This document shows positions 9,329-17,670 of a stretch of 64,000 nt of DNA, in pieces. A program made the position numbers and the translations under genes. The stretch lies in assembly GCA_964526745.1 (NCBI GenBank), contig CAZGMQ010000005.1, positions 10,702 through 74,701 on the forward strand, in the 5' to 3' direction. Source of the stretch: an uncultured Verrucomicrobiota bacterium. GTDB taxonomy: Bacteria > Verrucomicrobiota > Kiritimatiellia > CAIQIC01 > Lenti-01. The notes under the pieces are model-generated. The model worked only from the letters and a program-made list of their open reading frames with translations, was not told where the DNA came from and did no database searches. Each line of letters opens with the position of its first letter. Positions within the stretch are counted from its first letter, which is position 1.

Positions 9329-10396
9329 ATGAACACACCCCTTTTACGGCTTACACTGGTTGGACTCTTTGCACTGACTTCTGTTGCTCTGGCACAACCA
9401 TCCTGTACCCACACCACGACCAGTGCGCCCTGCTGCACCACAGCCGCCCCGCCGCCCGTCGCACCGATTCTGGCATCCGAATTCCTAGGCTGGACCCACA
9501 CCTTCCACCTGCAAAACAATCGCGCCCAGGCCGTCCTAGTACCCGCTATCGGTCGTCTGGTCCACTTCGCCCCCAGCGACGGTCAAAGCCCCTTCCGTCT
9601 CGAAGCCTCCCTGCAGGGGAAAACCCCTCCCGCCGGCGAGCCGTTCTTCAACATCGGCGGCGACTGGCTCTGGCCCGTCTCGCAGGCCCGCTGGGCTTCC
9701 TTTTCCACGAGTGGCAACGACTGGCCGCCACCGGCTCTCCTAGCCGACCTTCCCTGGGCCTGTTCCGCCTGGACCGATGCCGATGGCGCTCAATGCGCCC
9801 TGCTCACCCGCGACTATGGCGCCCCGCTGAACATCCAAGTTTCGCGCCTCTTCCGGCTCGAACCCGATTCTGCCGTCCTGATTGTCCAGCAACGCATCGA
9901 GCGCACGGCCGCCTCCGACATTCCCGTCGTCTTGTGGAACATCAGTCAGATCGCGCAGGCCGAGCAGATTGTCCTGCCGGTCGAAGACGACTCCGCCTTC
10001 CGCGGCGGTCTCAAAGCCCTGATGGGCCGAAAGCCCTCGAAGAAGCAGCTCATTCCCTGCACTTCCTCGGCCGTCTATCAAGTCAGCGAAGGCGCCGAAA
10101 CCAAGCTCGGTTCTGACTCCCCCCGCGGCTGGATCGCCGCCGCCAAGGGAACAAATATCATTTTTGAATCGGTGGCCAACACCAACGAAGGCGACTATCC
10201 GGATGGCGGGTGTGTGGTCGAAGTGTATTCCAACCAAGGGTTGGGCTACTCCGAGATTGAAACCCTCAGCCCTGAGGTGAACCTCGCGCCCGGCACCGTC
10301 CTGGAAAATACGCTGCGAATCGAAATCGCCGAAACAAAGCGACCTCTGACCGGCTGCCCGCTGTCCGGCTTCGTCCGCACCCTCGCCGGAGAATAA
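9329..10396 (+). CDS. Hypothetical secreted protein
   Basis: Signal peptide MNTPLLRLTLVGLFALTSVALAQ followed by a Cys/Thr/Pro-rich linker. No domain recognised. Confidence 0.5.
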   Translation: MNTPLLRLTLVGLFALTSVALAQPSCTHTTTSAPCCTTAAPPPVAPILASEFLGWTHTFHLQNNRAQAVLVPAIGRLVHFAPSDGQSPFRLEASLQGKTPPAGEPFFNIGGDWLWPVSQARWASFSTSGNDWPPPALLADLPWACSAWTDADGAQCALLTRDYGAPLNIQVSRLFRLEPDSAVLIVQQRIERTAASDIPVVLWNISQIAQAEQIVLPVEDDSAFRGGLKALMGRKPSKKQLIPCTSSAVYQVSEGAETKLGSDSPRGWIAAAKGTNIIFESVANTNEGDYPDGGCVVEVYSNQGLGYSEIETLSPEVNLAPGTVLENTLRIEIAETKRPLTGCPLSGFVRTLAGE

Positions 10397-10488
10397 GGCC
10401 TCTTTCAGGTGCTCTCCGCATCTCGCAGTTGCCGAAAACAAAATCTGGATTATCCGAAAGGAAAAACCATTCTGAATAAGGAGTTGCC

Positions 10489-10677
10489 ATGAACGTTACC
10501 GTTGATCAGGAATTGTGTATCGGATGCGCCGCGTGCGAAGGCACCTGCCCCGAAGTGTTTGAACTCAAGGACGATAAATCTCAGGTCATTCTTTCCCCGG
10601 TTCCTGAAGCGCTTCGTTCCAGCGCGATGGATGCCGAAGAAGCCTGCCCCGTAGGAGCTATTTCCCACGAGGGCTGA
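10489..10677 (+). CDS. Ferredoxin (single-cluster, Cx2Cx2C...CP type)
   Basis: CIGCAACEGTCPEVFEL...EACPVGAISHEG in 62 aa. Preceded by RBS AAGGAG. Confidence 0.8.
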   Translation: MNVTVDQELCIGCAACEGTCPEVFELKDDKSQVILSPVPEALRSSAMDAEEACPVGAISHEG

Positions 10678-10741
10678 ATCCTGAATTGACTTCAAACGCG
10701 CCTGCTCCCATCATTAAATCGGTCGGAAAGGAGGCGTAAAG

Positions 10742-11125
10742 ATGCCGATCCAGTTTCAATTTGATTCAACCCGGAATATTCTGCGGATCACAATTCAGGG
10801 GGCATTCAGCCTGGCCGGCTTTCAAAACACCATGGAGCAGATTACGCAGTCCGAGGAATACTCCCCGGATATCCATGCCCTCTGGGACTTGCGGGAAATG
10901 GATTTCTCCACAATCGATGAAGCCTATTGGCGGAAGATTCTGGAGATCCGGAAAAAGCATCCGCAGCGAAGTGCCGCCCGTCTGGCCCATGTGGTCCATG
11001 GCGATTTTGCCTATGGCATGATGCGGATGTATCAGATTCTGTCGACCCTCCATTCGAACGAACTGAAACAACAAGTGATGGTCTTCAAGGATATCGATGA
11101 AGCGGAACAGTGGATTCTGACCTGA
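10742..11125 (+). CDS. Hypothetical 127-aa protein, paralog 1 (ALWDLR...AARLAHV...GMMRMYQIL family)
   Basis: RBS GGAGG upstream. Strong similarity to the protein at 12363-12746. A DLRxxDFSxID segment is loosely reminiscent of STAS/anti-sigma-antagonist folds; this is an inference. Confidence 0.6.
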   Translation: MPIQFQFDSTRNILRITIQGAFSLAGFQNTMEQITQSEEYSPDIHALWDLREMDFSTIDEAYWRKILEIRKKHPQRSAARLAHVVHGDFAYGMMRMYQILSTLHSNELKQQVMVFKDIDEAEQWILT

Positions 11126-11167
11126 ATGCATACACGGAAACGGATTCAACCCCAAGGAGGAGCCCCC

Positions 11168-11356
11168 ATGAAATTCAAAGTTGACCTCAAACTCTGTGCA
11201 GGCGGCGGTGCCTGCGAAGCCACCTGTCCGGAAGTGTTTGAACTACCTGGAGATCAGGCCCGCGTCAAACTGGACCCCGTGCCGGCAGAGCTGGAAGCCC
11301 GCGCTCTGGAAGCCGAAGCCGCCTGTCCCGTCGGCGCCATCTCCCACGAAGGATAA
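11168..11356 (+). CDS. Ferredoxin (second copy)
   Basis: MKFKVDLKLCAGGGACEATCPEVFELPGDQARV...EAACPVGAISHEG, a paralog of the ferredoxin at 10489. RBS GGAGG upstream. Confidence 0.8.
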   Translation: MKFKVDLKLCAGGGACEATCPEVFELPGDQARVKLDPVPAELEARALEAEAACPVGAISHEG

Positions 11357-11361
11357 GCCAG

Positions 11362-11934
11362 TTGGAAACGCTTCTTGGCATGGCCGTCGGGATTGGACTC
11401 AGTGCCGCCTGCGGATTCCGGATCTTTATTCCGATGCTGGGCTTGAGCCTGGCCGCCTTTTCTGGACACATCACCCTGGGCGCCGGATTCGAATGGATCG
11501 GCAGCGGATCTGCGCTGGCGGCCTTCAGCACCGCCAGTGTGCTTGAAATCGGAGCCTATTACATCCCCGTTCTGGACAATCTATTAGACACCATTGCTAC
11601 ACCCGCGGCCGTGGTCGCCGGGATCATTGTCACCGCCTTTATGGTGGGTGAGATGTCCCCATTTTTGAAATGGAGTCTGGCCCTCATTGCCGGGGGCGGC
11701 GTGGCCGGAGTGGTCCAGAGCGGAACCGTGGTCCTGCGTACCGGCTCTACCGGCACCACCGGCGGCATAGCCAATTCACTTCTTTCAACCGTGGAAATGG
11801 CTGGCTCCATTGCAACGACAGCTCTGGCCATCCTCCTGCCACTGGCCGGACTGCTACTGGTCGTCTGGATCTGCATCAAGATGATCCGCATTCTGAGGCG
11901 GGCCTCTCTCCTTGCTAAATCTCCTCTCAGATAG
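11362..11934 (+). CDS. DUF4126-like polytopic membrane protein
   Basis: 190 aa, Gly/Ala-rich, about 5 TM helices (GIGLSAACGFRIFIPMLGLSLAAF...). Confidence 0.55.
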   Translation: METLLGMAVGIGLSAACGFRIFIPMLGLSLAAFSGHITLGAGFEWIGSGSALAAFSTASVLEIGAYYIPVLDNLLDTIATPAAVVAGIIVTAFMVGEMSPFLKWSLALIAGGGVAGVVQSGTVVLRTGSTGTTGGIANSLLSTVEMAGSIATTALAILLPLAGLLLVVWICIKMIRILRRASLLAKSPLR

Positions 11935-12362
11935 AATCCCTCATTCTCTCTATCTCAGAGCAAGAAAATCTCCAACATTCATCCATTTGGGGCCATCCCT
12001 ATTTTGCCCCATATTCACCAATTTTTGCCCTTTTAGGCACATTTCTAGTCATTTCAGTACATTTTTCTCTTCTCTCCTTCTGAATGTAATGATCAATACT
12101 TTCAGCCTCTGGTCTCCTGAAATTATTCAGGCCATCAAAAAGGTGGTTGTTGTGAAATTCGCATCAAAAGCTGAAAATGCTATTTTTGCTATATAATATG
12201 ACTATTATTTTACAAGCGGGCATATTCTCACCTATCGTTTGTTATTAATACTTGCCAATAAGGACTATTTTGCCTATTGTTCGGTTTGTATTAGGTTTTC
12301 AAGAGATAATCATTCAGACGCCTGGCGTCAGGACCTCATCATTTCACATCAAGGAATACGCC

Positions 12363-12746
12363 ATGCCCGTTATACATCGATATGACGAAAAGAAAAAAAT
12401 TCTCTTCGTAACCCTCAAGGGGACCTTCACCCTCGCAGAATTTAAATCATCAATGAGCCGGATTTCCGGATCTCCCATGTATCCAGCCGACACAAATGCG
12501 CTGTGGGATTTGCGGAGCCTGGATTTCGCCAGCATCAATGTGGACTTCTGGCAGCAGCTTTTCGCCATCCGCCAGCAGCATCCCGAACATCAAGCAGCCC
12601 GCCTGGCCCATGTCATCGGCGATGATTTTGCCTTCGGGATGATGCGGATGTATCAGATCCTCGCAAGCACCAGCAAGAACAACCTGGTAAAACAATTGAT
12701 GGTCACCAAGAGCTACGAACAGGCGGAGGAATGGCTGCAGTCCTGA
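12363..12746 (+). CDS. Hypothetical 127-aa protein, paralog 2 of the 10742 gene
   Basis: NALWDLRSLDFASI...HQAARLAHVIGDDFAFGMMRMYQILAS aligns along its full length with the 10742 product. Start taken at the internal MPVIHRY Met. Confidence 0.6.
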   Translation: MPVIHRYDEKKKILFVTLKGTFTLAEFKSSMSRISGSPMYPADTNALWDLRSLDFASINVDFWQQLFAIRQQHPEHQAARLAHVIGDDFAFGMMRMYQILASTSKNNLVKQLMVTKSYEQAEEWLQS

Positions 12747-12875
12747 CCGCCCGCGAAGCCGCCCGCCAAAGACTCGCTCTTCTTGCCCTCCTGCTGGATG
12801 CCAGGATCTGCATCGAGATGAGCCGTGTGCTGGCCTGGACTCGTCTCTTTGCGAAGACCTAAGTTTGAATCAGAT

Positions 12876-13745
12876 TCAGACTGGAGGTTCAGACGTGGAG
12901 TTCCAGCGCTCCGCTTCCAGGCGGGCCATGCCGCGGGTAGAAGAGATCGCAATCCAGACACCGCAAGCGAGGAAGGGAAGCGAACCGAACACAATCCAGT
13001 TCGGGTTCAGAATACTGCGACTCTCCGCAGGACTCACGACGGCAAATCCCAACACAAGAGCGATCGTGGAAAGACAATATGCGATTTGGAAAACAAGAAG
13101 CAGACGAAGACGGCCGCGCAGGAATGAGTTCATTTTCGCGGCAAAACGTTCAGGGCGGTCACTTCTGAGGTCCACCGGTTCCTGAACGATCTTGAACATC
13201 CATTTAGTGAGAAATCCATTCATTCCAACACAGAGCAGAAAGACCATTCCGGCGAAGGCCCCTGTTCCCGAAAGAAGAAAGGCTGTTCCCTGTCGAACCA
13301 GAAGATAGGCCAATCCGACAAGCAGAACAGCATACGGTATGGCCAGCACCCAGACCGGCAGAAAGTCGCTCATCTTCCGTACCTTCAAGTCCGCCATCCG
13401 GGCCCCCTGCTGTCCAAGTTCCTTCATCCGCTTTTCCCGGACGCGATCTTTCAGCCCCTGCCATGTGGGTTTGCCCACTTTATAGGCATATCCCATGTAC
13501 AGAGCCATGCCCATATAGAAGCCGGGGAAGTTGAGTTTGAACCCGAGCCATCTGGGCAGGAAAAACACCAGTAAGAAGGCCCAGGCAAACATCCCAGCAA
13601 TCACGAGGGGGTGCGACTGAAGCTTCAGCACTCTTTCGACTTTCTCGTCACTGGCTGTCTTCAACTTGTGCAAGGTCAGAACCTCAACCCCAATAACACT
13701 GAGCATAATTCCCATCGCATACATCATTTCCAATATGGTTCTCAT
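12876..13745 (-). CDS. Hypothetical polytopic membrane protein (partner of a YtrA/GntR-type regulator)
   Basis: 289 aa with about 8 TM helices, immediately downstream of the GntR-family gene. Confidence 0.5.
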   Translation of the reverse strand: MRTILEMMYAMGIMLSVIGVEVLTLHKLKTASDEKVERVLKLQSHPLVIAGMFAWAFLLVFFLPRWLGFKLNFPGFYMGMALYMGYAYKVGKPTWQGLKDRVREKRMKELGQQGARMADLKVRKMSDFLPVWVLAIPYAVLLVGLAYLLVRQGTAFLLSGTGAFAGMVFLLCVGMNGFLTKWMFKIVQEPVDLRSDRPERFAAKMNSFLRGRLRLLLVFQIAYCLSTIALVLGFAVVSPAESRSILNPNWIVFGSLPFLACGVWIAISSTRGMARLEAERWNSTSEPPV

Positions 13746-13775
13746 CTGTTTTCTCCGTTTGTTGCAGCTACCCTT

Positions 13776-14162
13776 TTAGAGTAACTGCTCGATTTCTTTT
13801 TTAAGAAGCTCCTGTGTCTCCGGAAGCGACAATCCAACCAACTGCGCCTGCGTAAGCGCATCTCGTAGCATCCTCCGGATCTGTTCCCGGTCTGCCGAGG
13901 TCACCTTGGCGTGCACCTTCCCAAAATCTCTGACATAGGTTTTTCGACCATGGGCCACAAACAGGAGGCCCATCTCGGACAACTGCCTGTATGCCCGGGC
14001 CACCGTGTTAAAATGGACGCCCAGGTCCCCGCCCAACTGACGAGCAGATGGAAGCTCCTGACCCGCAGGAAGGCGTCCTGAAGCAATTTCCCCTTTTAAG
14101 GCGTGAACGACCTGCTCCACCAGCGGCTCTTGGCTCTCTAAATCAATCTGTATCATACGCAC
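13776..14162 (-). CDS. GntR-family (YtrA-like) transcriptional regulator
   Basis: wHTH motif LPSARQLGGDLGVHFNTVARAYRQL in a 128-aa protein. GTG or nearby ATG start. Confidence 0.75.
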   Translation of the reverse strand: MRMIQIDLESQEPLVEQVVHALKGEIASGRLPAGQELPSARQLGGDLGVHFNTVARAYRQLSEMGLLFVAHGRKTYVRDFGKVHAKVTSADREQIRRMLRDALTQAQLVGLSLPETQELLKKEIEQLL

Positions 14163-14164
14163 AC

Positions 14165-14183
14165 TGTATCATACACTGATACA
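14165..14183. promoter_or_regulatory. Putative GntR operator palindrome TGTATCA-N5-TGATACA
   Basis: Perfect 7-bp inverted arms immediately upstream of the regulator start. CTGTATCATAC also occurs as a direct repeat at 14147 and 14163. Confidence 0.4.
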
Positions 14184-14275
14184 CATGCAAGTGTTTTTGC
14201 TAATTTATTTGATAGGGATCTCTTTAAGATCGTCTCACTTCGTGCTCACCCATTGGATACAGTAATGTTAGGCGC

Positions 14276-15418
14276 CTATATTTGGAGCCAAGCGGTAGCC
14301 TTTTCGGCGCGTTTGCCCTTGATTCCAAGGTCTCCCAGATTCCGGACGCGTCCCCCGCCCTGTCGAGCTTTCAGGATACGGCGAACAGAAATAGGCCCCA
14401 GACCGGGTACGCGCAACAACTCAGCTTTATCCGCCCTGTTCACGTTGATGGGAAAGTGTTCGGAGTGACTATGAGCCCACGCCTCTTTGGGATCCATATC
14501 GAGCGGCAGATTGCCCTGCGGATCAAATCCGATTTCATCAGAAGTGAAGCCGTACTTTCGCAATAGAAAATCGGTCTGATACAGGCGATGTTCCCTTGTG
14601 AGAAGGTCGGCATTGCTCACAGTGCTCTGCTCGCCGGGCAGACTGGGATCACCCAGCCCGCGCTGATACGCGCTGTAGTAGATCCCGTGCATGCCCAACC
14701 GGTCATAGAGCCCCCCCATATACTTCACAAGTTCACGATCGGTCTCGTCGGAGGCCCCGACCACAAACTGAGTGCTGGTCTTAACGCGGGCATAGCGCTC
14801 GCCTTTGGCGGTCAGCGCGGCGATGCGCTTGAGCGGTCGGATGATCGATTGCAGATAGTCTTTTCGGGTGGTGAGTTTCGCGAAGTGCTTCTCGCCGGCG
14901 GTCTCGATATTGAGGGATACCCCTGACGCCAGAGATACGGCGCGATCAATCGCGGCATCGGAGGCCCCGGGAATGATCTTGAGATGCAGGATGCCGCGGA
15001 AGCGTTCGCGAGTTCTAAGAATCTCGGCGGTGGCCAGCATGCGCTCCATCGCAGCATCGGCATTGCCGCAAATGCCGCTGGTGAGAAAGAGTCCGATGAC
15101 TTTTCGCGAGCGCCAATACGGCACAAAGGCGCGGACGATTTCTTCGGGGCTGAGCGAACAGCGGCGCGTTGTGTCGTGTCCGGCCCTCAAGGGACAATAC
15201 TTGCAATCGCTGGAACAGACATTCGAGACCAGCGTTTTGAACATCAGGCTCTTGCCGCCGCTCTGGAGCGTGACGGGATAAAGCCAGCGATCATCCTCCC
15301 CGCGCGTACGCGGGGCTTCCGAGCCGCAGGAGGCGGCACAGGACAGATCGTACTGCGCATCGGCCGAGAGGATATCCAGCTTTTCCTGTATGTCGGGAGC
15401 TGTCTGGATGAAGGCCAT
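14276..15418 (-). CDS. Radical SAM protein with C-terminal helix-hairpin-helix (putative DNA modification/repair radical SAM family)
   Basis: CSSDCKYC (Cx3Cx2C) cluster motif. C-terminal HhH ELLRVPGLGPISVRRILKAR. Confidence 0.7.
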   Translation of the reverse strand: MAFIQTAPDIQEKLDILSADAQYDLSCAASCGSEAPRTRGEDDRWLYPVTLQSGGKSLMFKTLVSNVCSSDCKYCPLRAGHDTTRRCSLSPEEIVRAFVPYWRSRKVIGLFLTSGICGNADAAMERMLATAEILRTRERFRGILHLKIIPGASDAAIDRAVSLASGVSLNIETAGEKHFAKLTTRKDYLQSIIRPLKRIAALTAKGERYARVKTSTQFVVGASDETDRELVKYMGGLYDRLGMHGIYYSAYQRGLGDPSLPGEQSTVSNADLLTREHRLYQTDFLLRKYGFTSDEIGFDPQGNLPLDMDPKEAWAHSHSEHFPINVNRADKAELLRVPGLGPISVRRILKARQGGGRVRNLGDLGIKGKRAEKATAWLQI

Positions 15419-15749
15419 GGTTTAACCATAACTGAACTATGGTTCATGTACAATAAACAAAATAGAAGAGGAAGTATTTATATTTTTGGACATAAAAACA
15501 GGCCATAATGTCAATTTTTGGGGGGGCATTTTCAGGGCTGAAAACAGGGGATTATTTCGCTTCATGGTAGGGCGGGTTGGCCCAACCCGCCGTGTGTAAT
15601 CAATACCCGGCGACTTGGGCCAAGTCGCCCCACCCTCCGATCTTCCCCTCCCCATTTGCGCGGGGAAGCCTGACGAGCTTCTCCGCTTGTATCCCGCCAG
15701 AATAAACATCATCCTTGGGGATTAGGAACGGAGACAACCAAGGAGGTGG

Positions 15750-16244
15750 ATGATGAAGACAATCGTTTTGAGTTTTGTGGTGTTGACCTGTCTGTTGGGA
15801 TCGATGGCTTTGGCAGAAGGGAATAAGGTTGAGGGGGATCCGATGATCAAAATCTCCAGCCTCCCTTTTGACGGAGACCTGAAAACGATCATGGCTTCGA
15901 TCAGTGCGGATGTGTCCAAAGACACGGGGCTGCCGGAAACCTTTGTGACCTATTACTGGCAGCACTTCAGCGAGGTCTATTGCCCTGGATGCGAGGGAGG
16001 CGGCCTGAAGTCCGTGATTTTTGTCGATATGTATGTCCCGGCCTTCATGACCGCAGATGAACGCAAACAGGTCATGACCAGCCTGGCCACCGCGCTGGAC
16101 AAATACACGCCATACACAAAGAAAGAAGTCTATATCCACACCCATATCGCCGAAAAAGACCAGCTGTTCATTATGGGCAGCACGGTAACCAACTGGGTGC
16201 AGGTCGGCGGACCGGACGATTCCATCCCCCCCACAAAGGAATAG
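15750..16244 (+). CDS. Hypothetical secreted protein
   Basis: RBS AAGGAGG upstream. Signal peptide MMKTIVLSFVVLTCLLGSMALAEG. CPGCEGGG motif. Confidence 0.5.
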   Translation: MMKTIVLSFVVLTCLLGSMALAEGNKVEGDPMIKISSLPFDGDLKTIMASISADVSKDTGLPETFVTYYWQHFSEVYCPGCEGGGLKSVIFVDMYVPAFMTADERKQVMTSLATALDKYTPYTKKEVYIHTHIAEKDQLFIMGSTVTNWVQVGGPDDSIPPTKE

Positions 16245-16299
16245 AACAATGAAACGTCGACCGGGAGCGTCGTCTCCTTTCTGATTCCAGACGGCCTCA

Positions 16300-16395
16300 G
16301 AGGTGTACTGCGTATCGGCGAACAGGATCTGTAGCTTTTCCCGCAAGTTCAGGGCTGTCTGGATAAGGTCATGCCGGAAGCATAACTGAACCGGC
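16300..16395 (-). pseudogene. Degenerate duplicate of the 5' end (start codon plus about 20 bp leader) of the radical-SAM gene at 14276-15418
   Basis: About 75% nt identity to 15330-15442 (GTACTGCG.ATCGGC...CTGTCTGGAT.AGG.CAT...CATAACTGAAC). Its translation hits a stop after 7 codons (MTLSRQP*). Confidence 0.45.
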
Positions 16396-16444
16396 GATCC
16401 CCTTCAGGAGGAAATTCGTCCCCGTGCCGATATCGGCCACGTCA

Positions 16445-17368
16445 TCAAGCTATCGCGACGCGGTTGCGACCTTCGCGCTTGGCCACATAAAGGGCCGAAT
16501 CCGCGCGGCGGAGCAAAGTCTCGCCGGGCTCTGTGGGACAAAACTCGGCTACGCCGGCGCTAATGGTCACGCTACGGTCCTTCAGTAATTCCGCTTGCTC
16601 CACAGCTTGGCACATTCTCTCGGCCACTTCCCGTGCTTTATTCCTGGGAGTTTCGGGCAGCAAAACAACAAATTCTTCGCCGCCGTAGCGAAAGGCCGTA
16701 TCGGTTGTCCGCACCGTTTGGCTCAGAATGGCCGAAAGTTCAGCCAAAACCCGGTCCCCCACGGTATGCCCTAGTGTGTCGTTGATTTTCTTGAAGTGGT
16801 CCGCATCGATGATAATCAGCGACAGGGGGCGCCCATAGCGAACCCCCCGCTGCACTTCAGATTTGAGTTGTCCTTGAAAGTGCCTATAGTTGAATAGCCC
16901 CGTCAGTTCGTCCCTGATCGCCAGGCGTTCCAGATCTGCAACAAGGCGCTCTTGGATCTCTGCTTGATGCCGCATTTCGCGCGCCTGCTGAATCCTCATG
17001 GTTAATTCGGGTATCCGGATGGGCTTCACGATGAAATCGGCTGCCCCATGCGCCACCGCCGTCTCGTGGGAGTATGTGGAATCGCCCCCTGTGATGAGAA
17101 TGACGATGCAGGAGGTTGTCTTGACGAAATGTCGCATGACCTCGATGCCGCTGATGTCCGGCAAATTGATATCCAACAAAACGATGTCGATGGAACCTTC
17201 TGCTCCCTTTCGTATCGCTTCCTCTCCGGACTTGGCCACGGATACCTCATACCCGGCATCTGATAGTGCGGGGGCAAAGAGATTCAGAATCAACTGATTG
17301 TCGTCTACGATAAGAATGTGCAATGGTGCGATATTCATATATTCCTCATCTGTTCCTAACATGTTCAT
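16445..17368 (-). CDS. Response regulator with GGDEF output domain (diguanylate cyclase, PleD/WspR-like)
   Basis: N-terminal REC (ILIVDDNQ..., conserved Asp region DIVLLDINLPD). C-terminal RYGGEEF active-site motif. Confidence 0.8.
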   Translation of the reverse strand: MNMLGTDEEYMNIAPLHILIVDDNQLILNLFAPALSDAGYEVSVAKSGEEAIRKGAEGSIDIVLLDINLPDISGIEVMRHFVKTTSCIVILITGGDSTYSHETAVAHGAADFIVKPIRIPELTMRIQQAREMRHQAEIQERLVADLERLAIRDELTGLFNYRHFQGQLKSEVQRGVRYGRPLSLIIIDADHFKKINDTLGHTVGDRVLAELSAILSQTVRTTDTAFRYGGEEFVVLLPETPRNKAREVAERMCQAVEQAELLKDRSVTISAGVAEFCPTEPGETLLRRADSALYVAKREGRNRVAIA

Positions 17369-17670
17369 AATATATCCTACCGGTCCCCTGTTTGCTAGAA
17401 GTTAAATTAATAATAATGACAAGCCATTGCTCGGGCCAGAGCAGCTCAACAGAGATCAAGACCCGTCACTCGGGCAGACCATGATTCAGCGGTTGGCCAT
17501 GGCTCAGTTTGATTCACCCCTTCTCCATGGCCATATCGGGCTCAGAATCTGAACACTCCCCCTTATCGAACCCCCAACGAGAACCGGGTTCTCAATCCAA
17601 TTTTCCCCCGCGATTGACATTTATAGACAGGCGGAATACATTATTCTCATTCAACGAAAGGTCCACTGCC

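Noticed and set aside
15600-16346. 248-aa minus-strand ORF overlapping the 15750-16244 plus-strand gene
   Set aside because: The plus-strand ORF has a proper RBS and a textbook signal peptide. The minus ORF has no motifs, and its 5' end coincides with the degenerate radical-SAM start duplicate.
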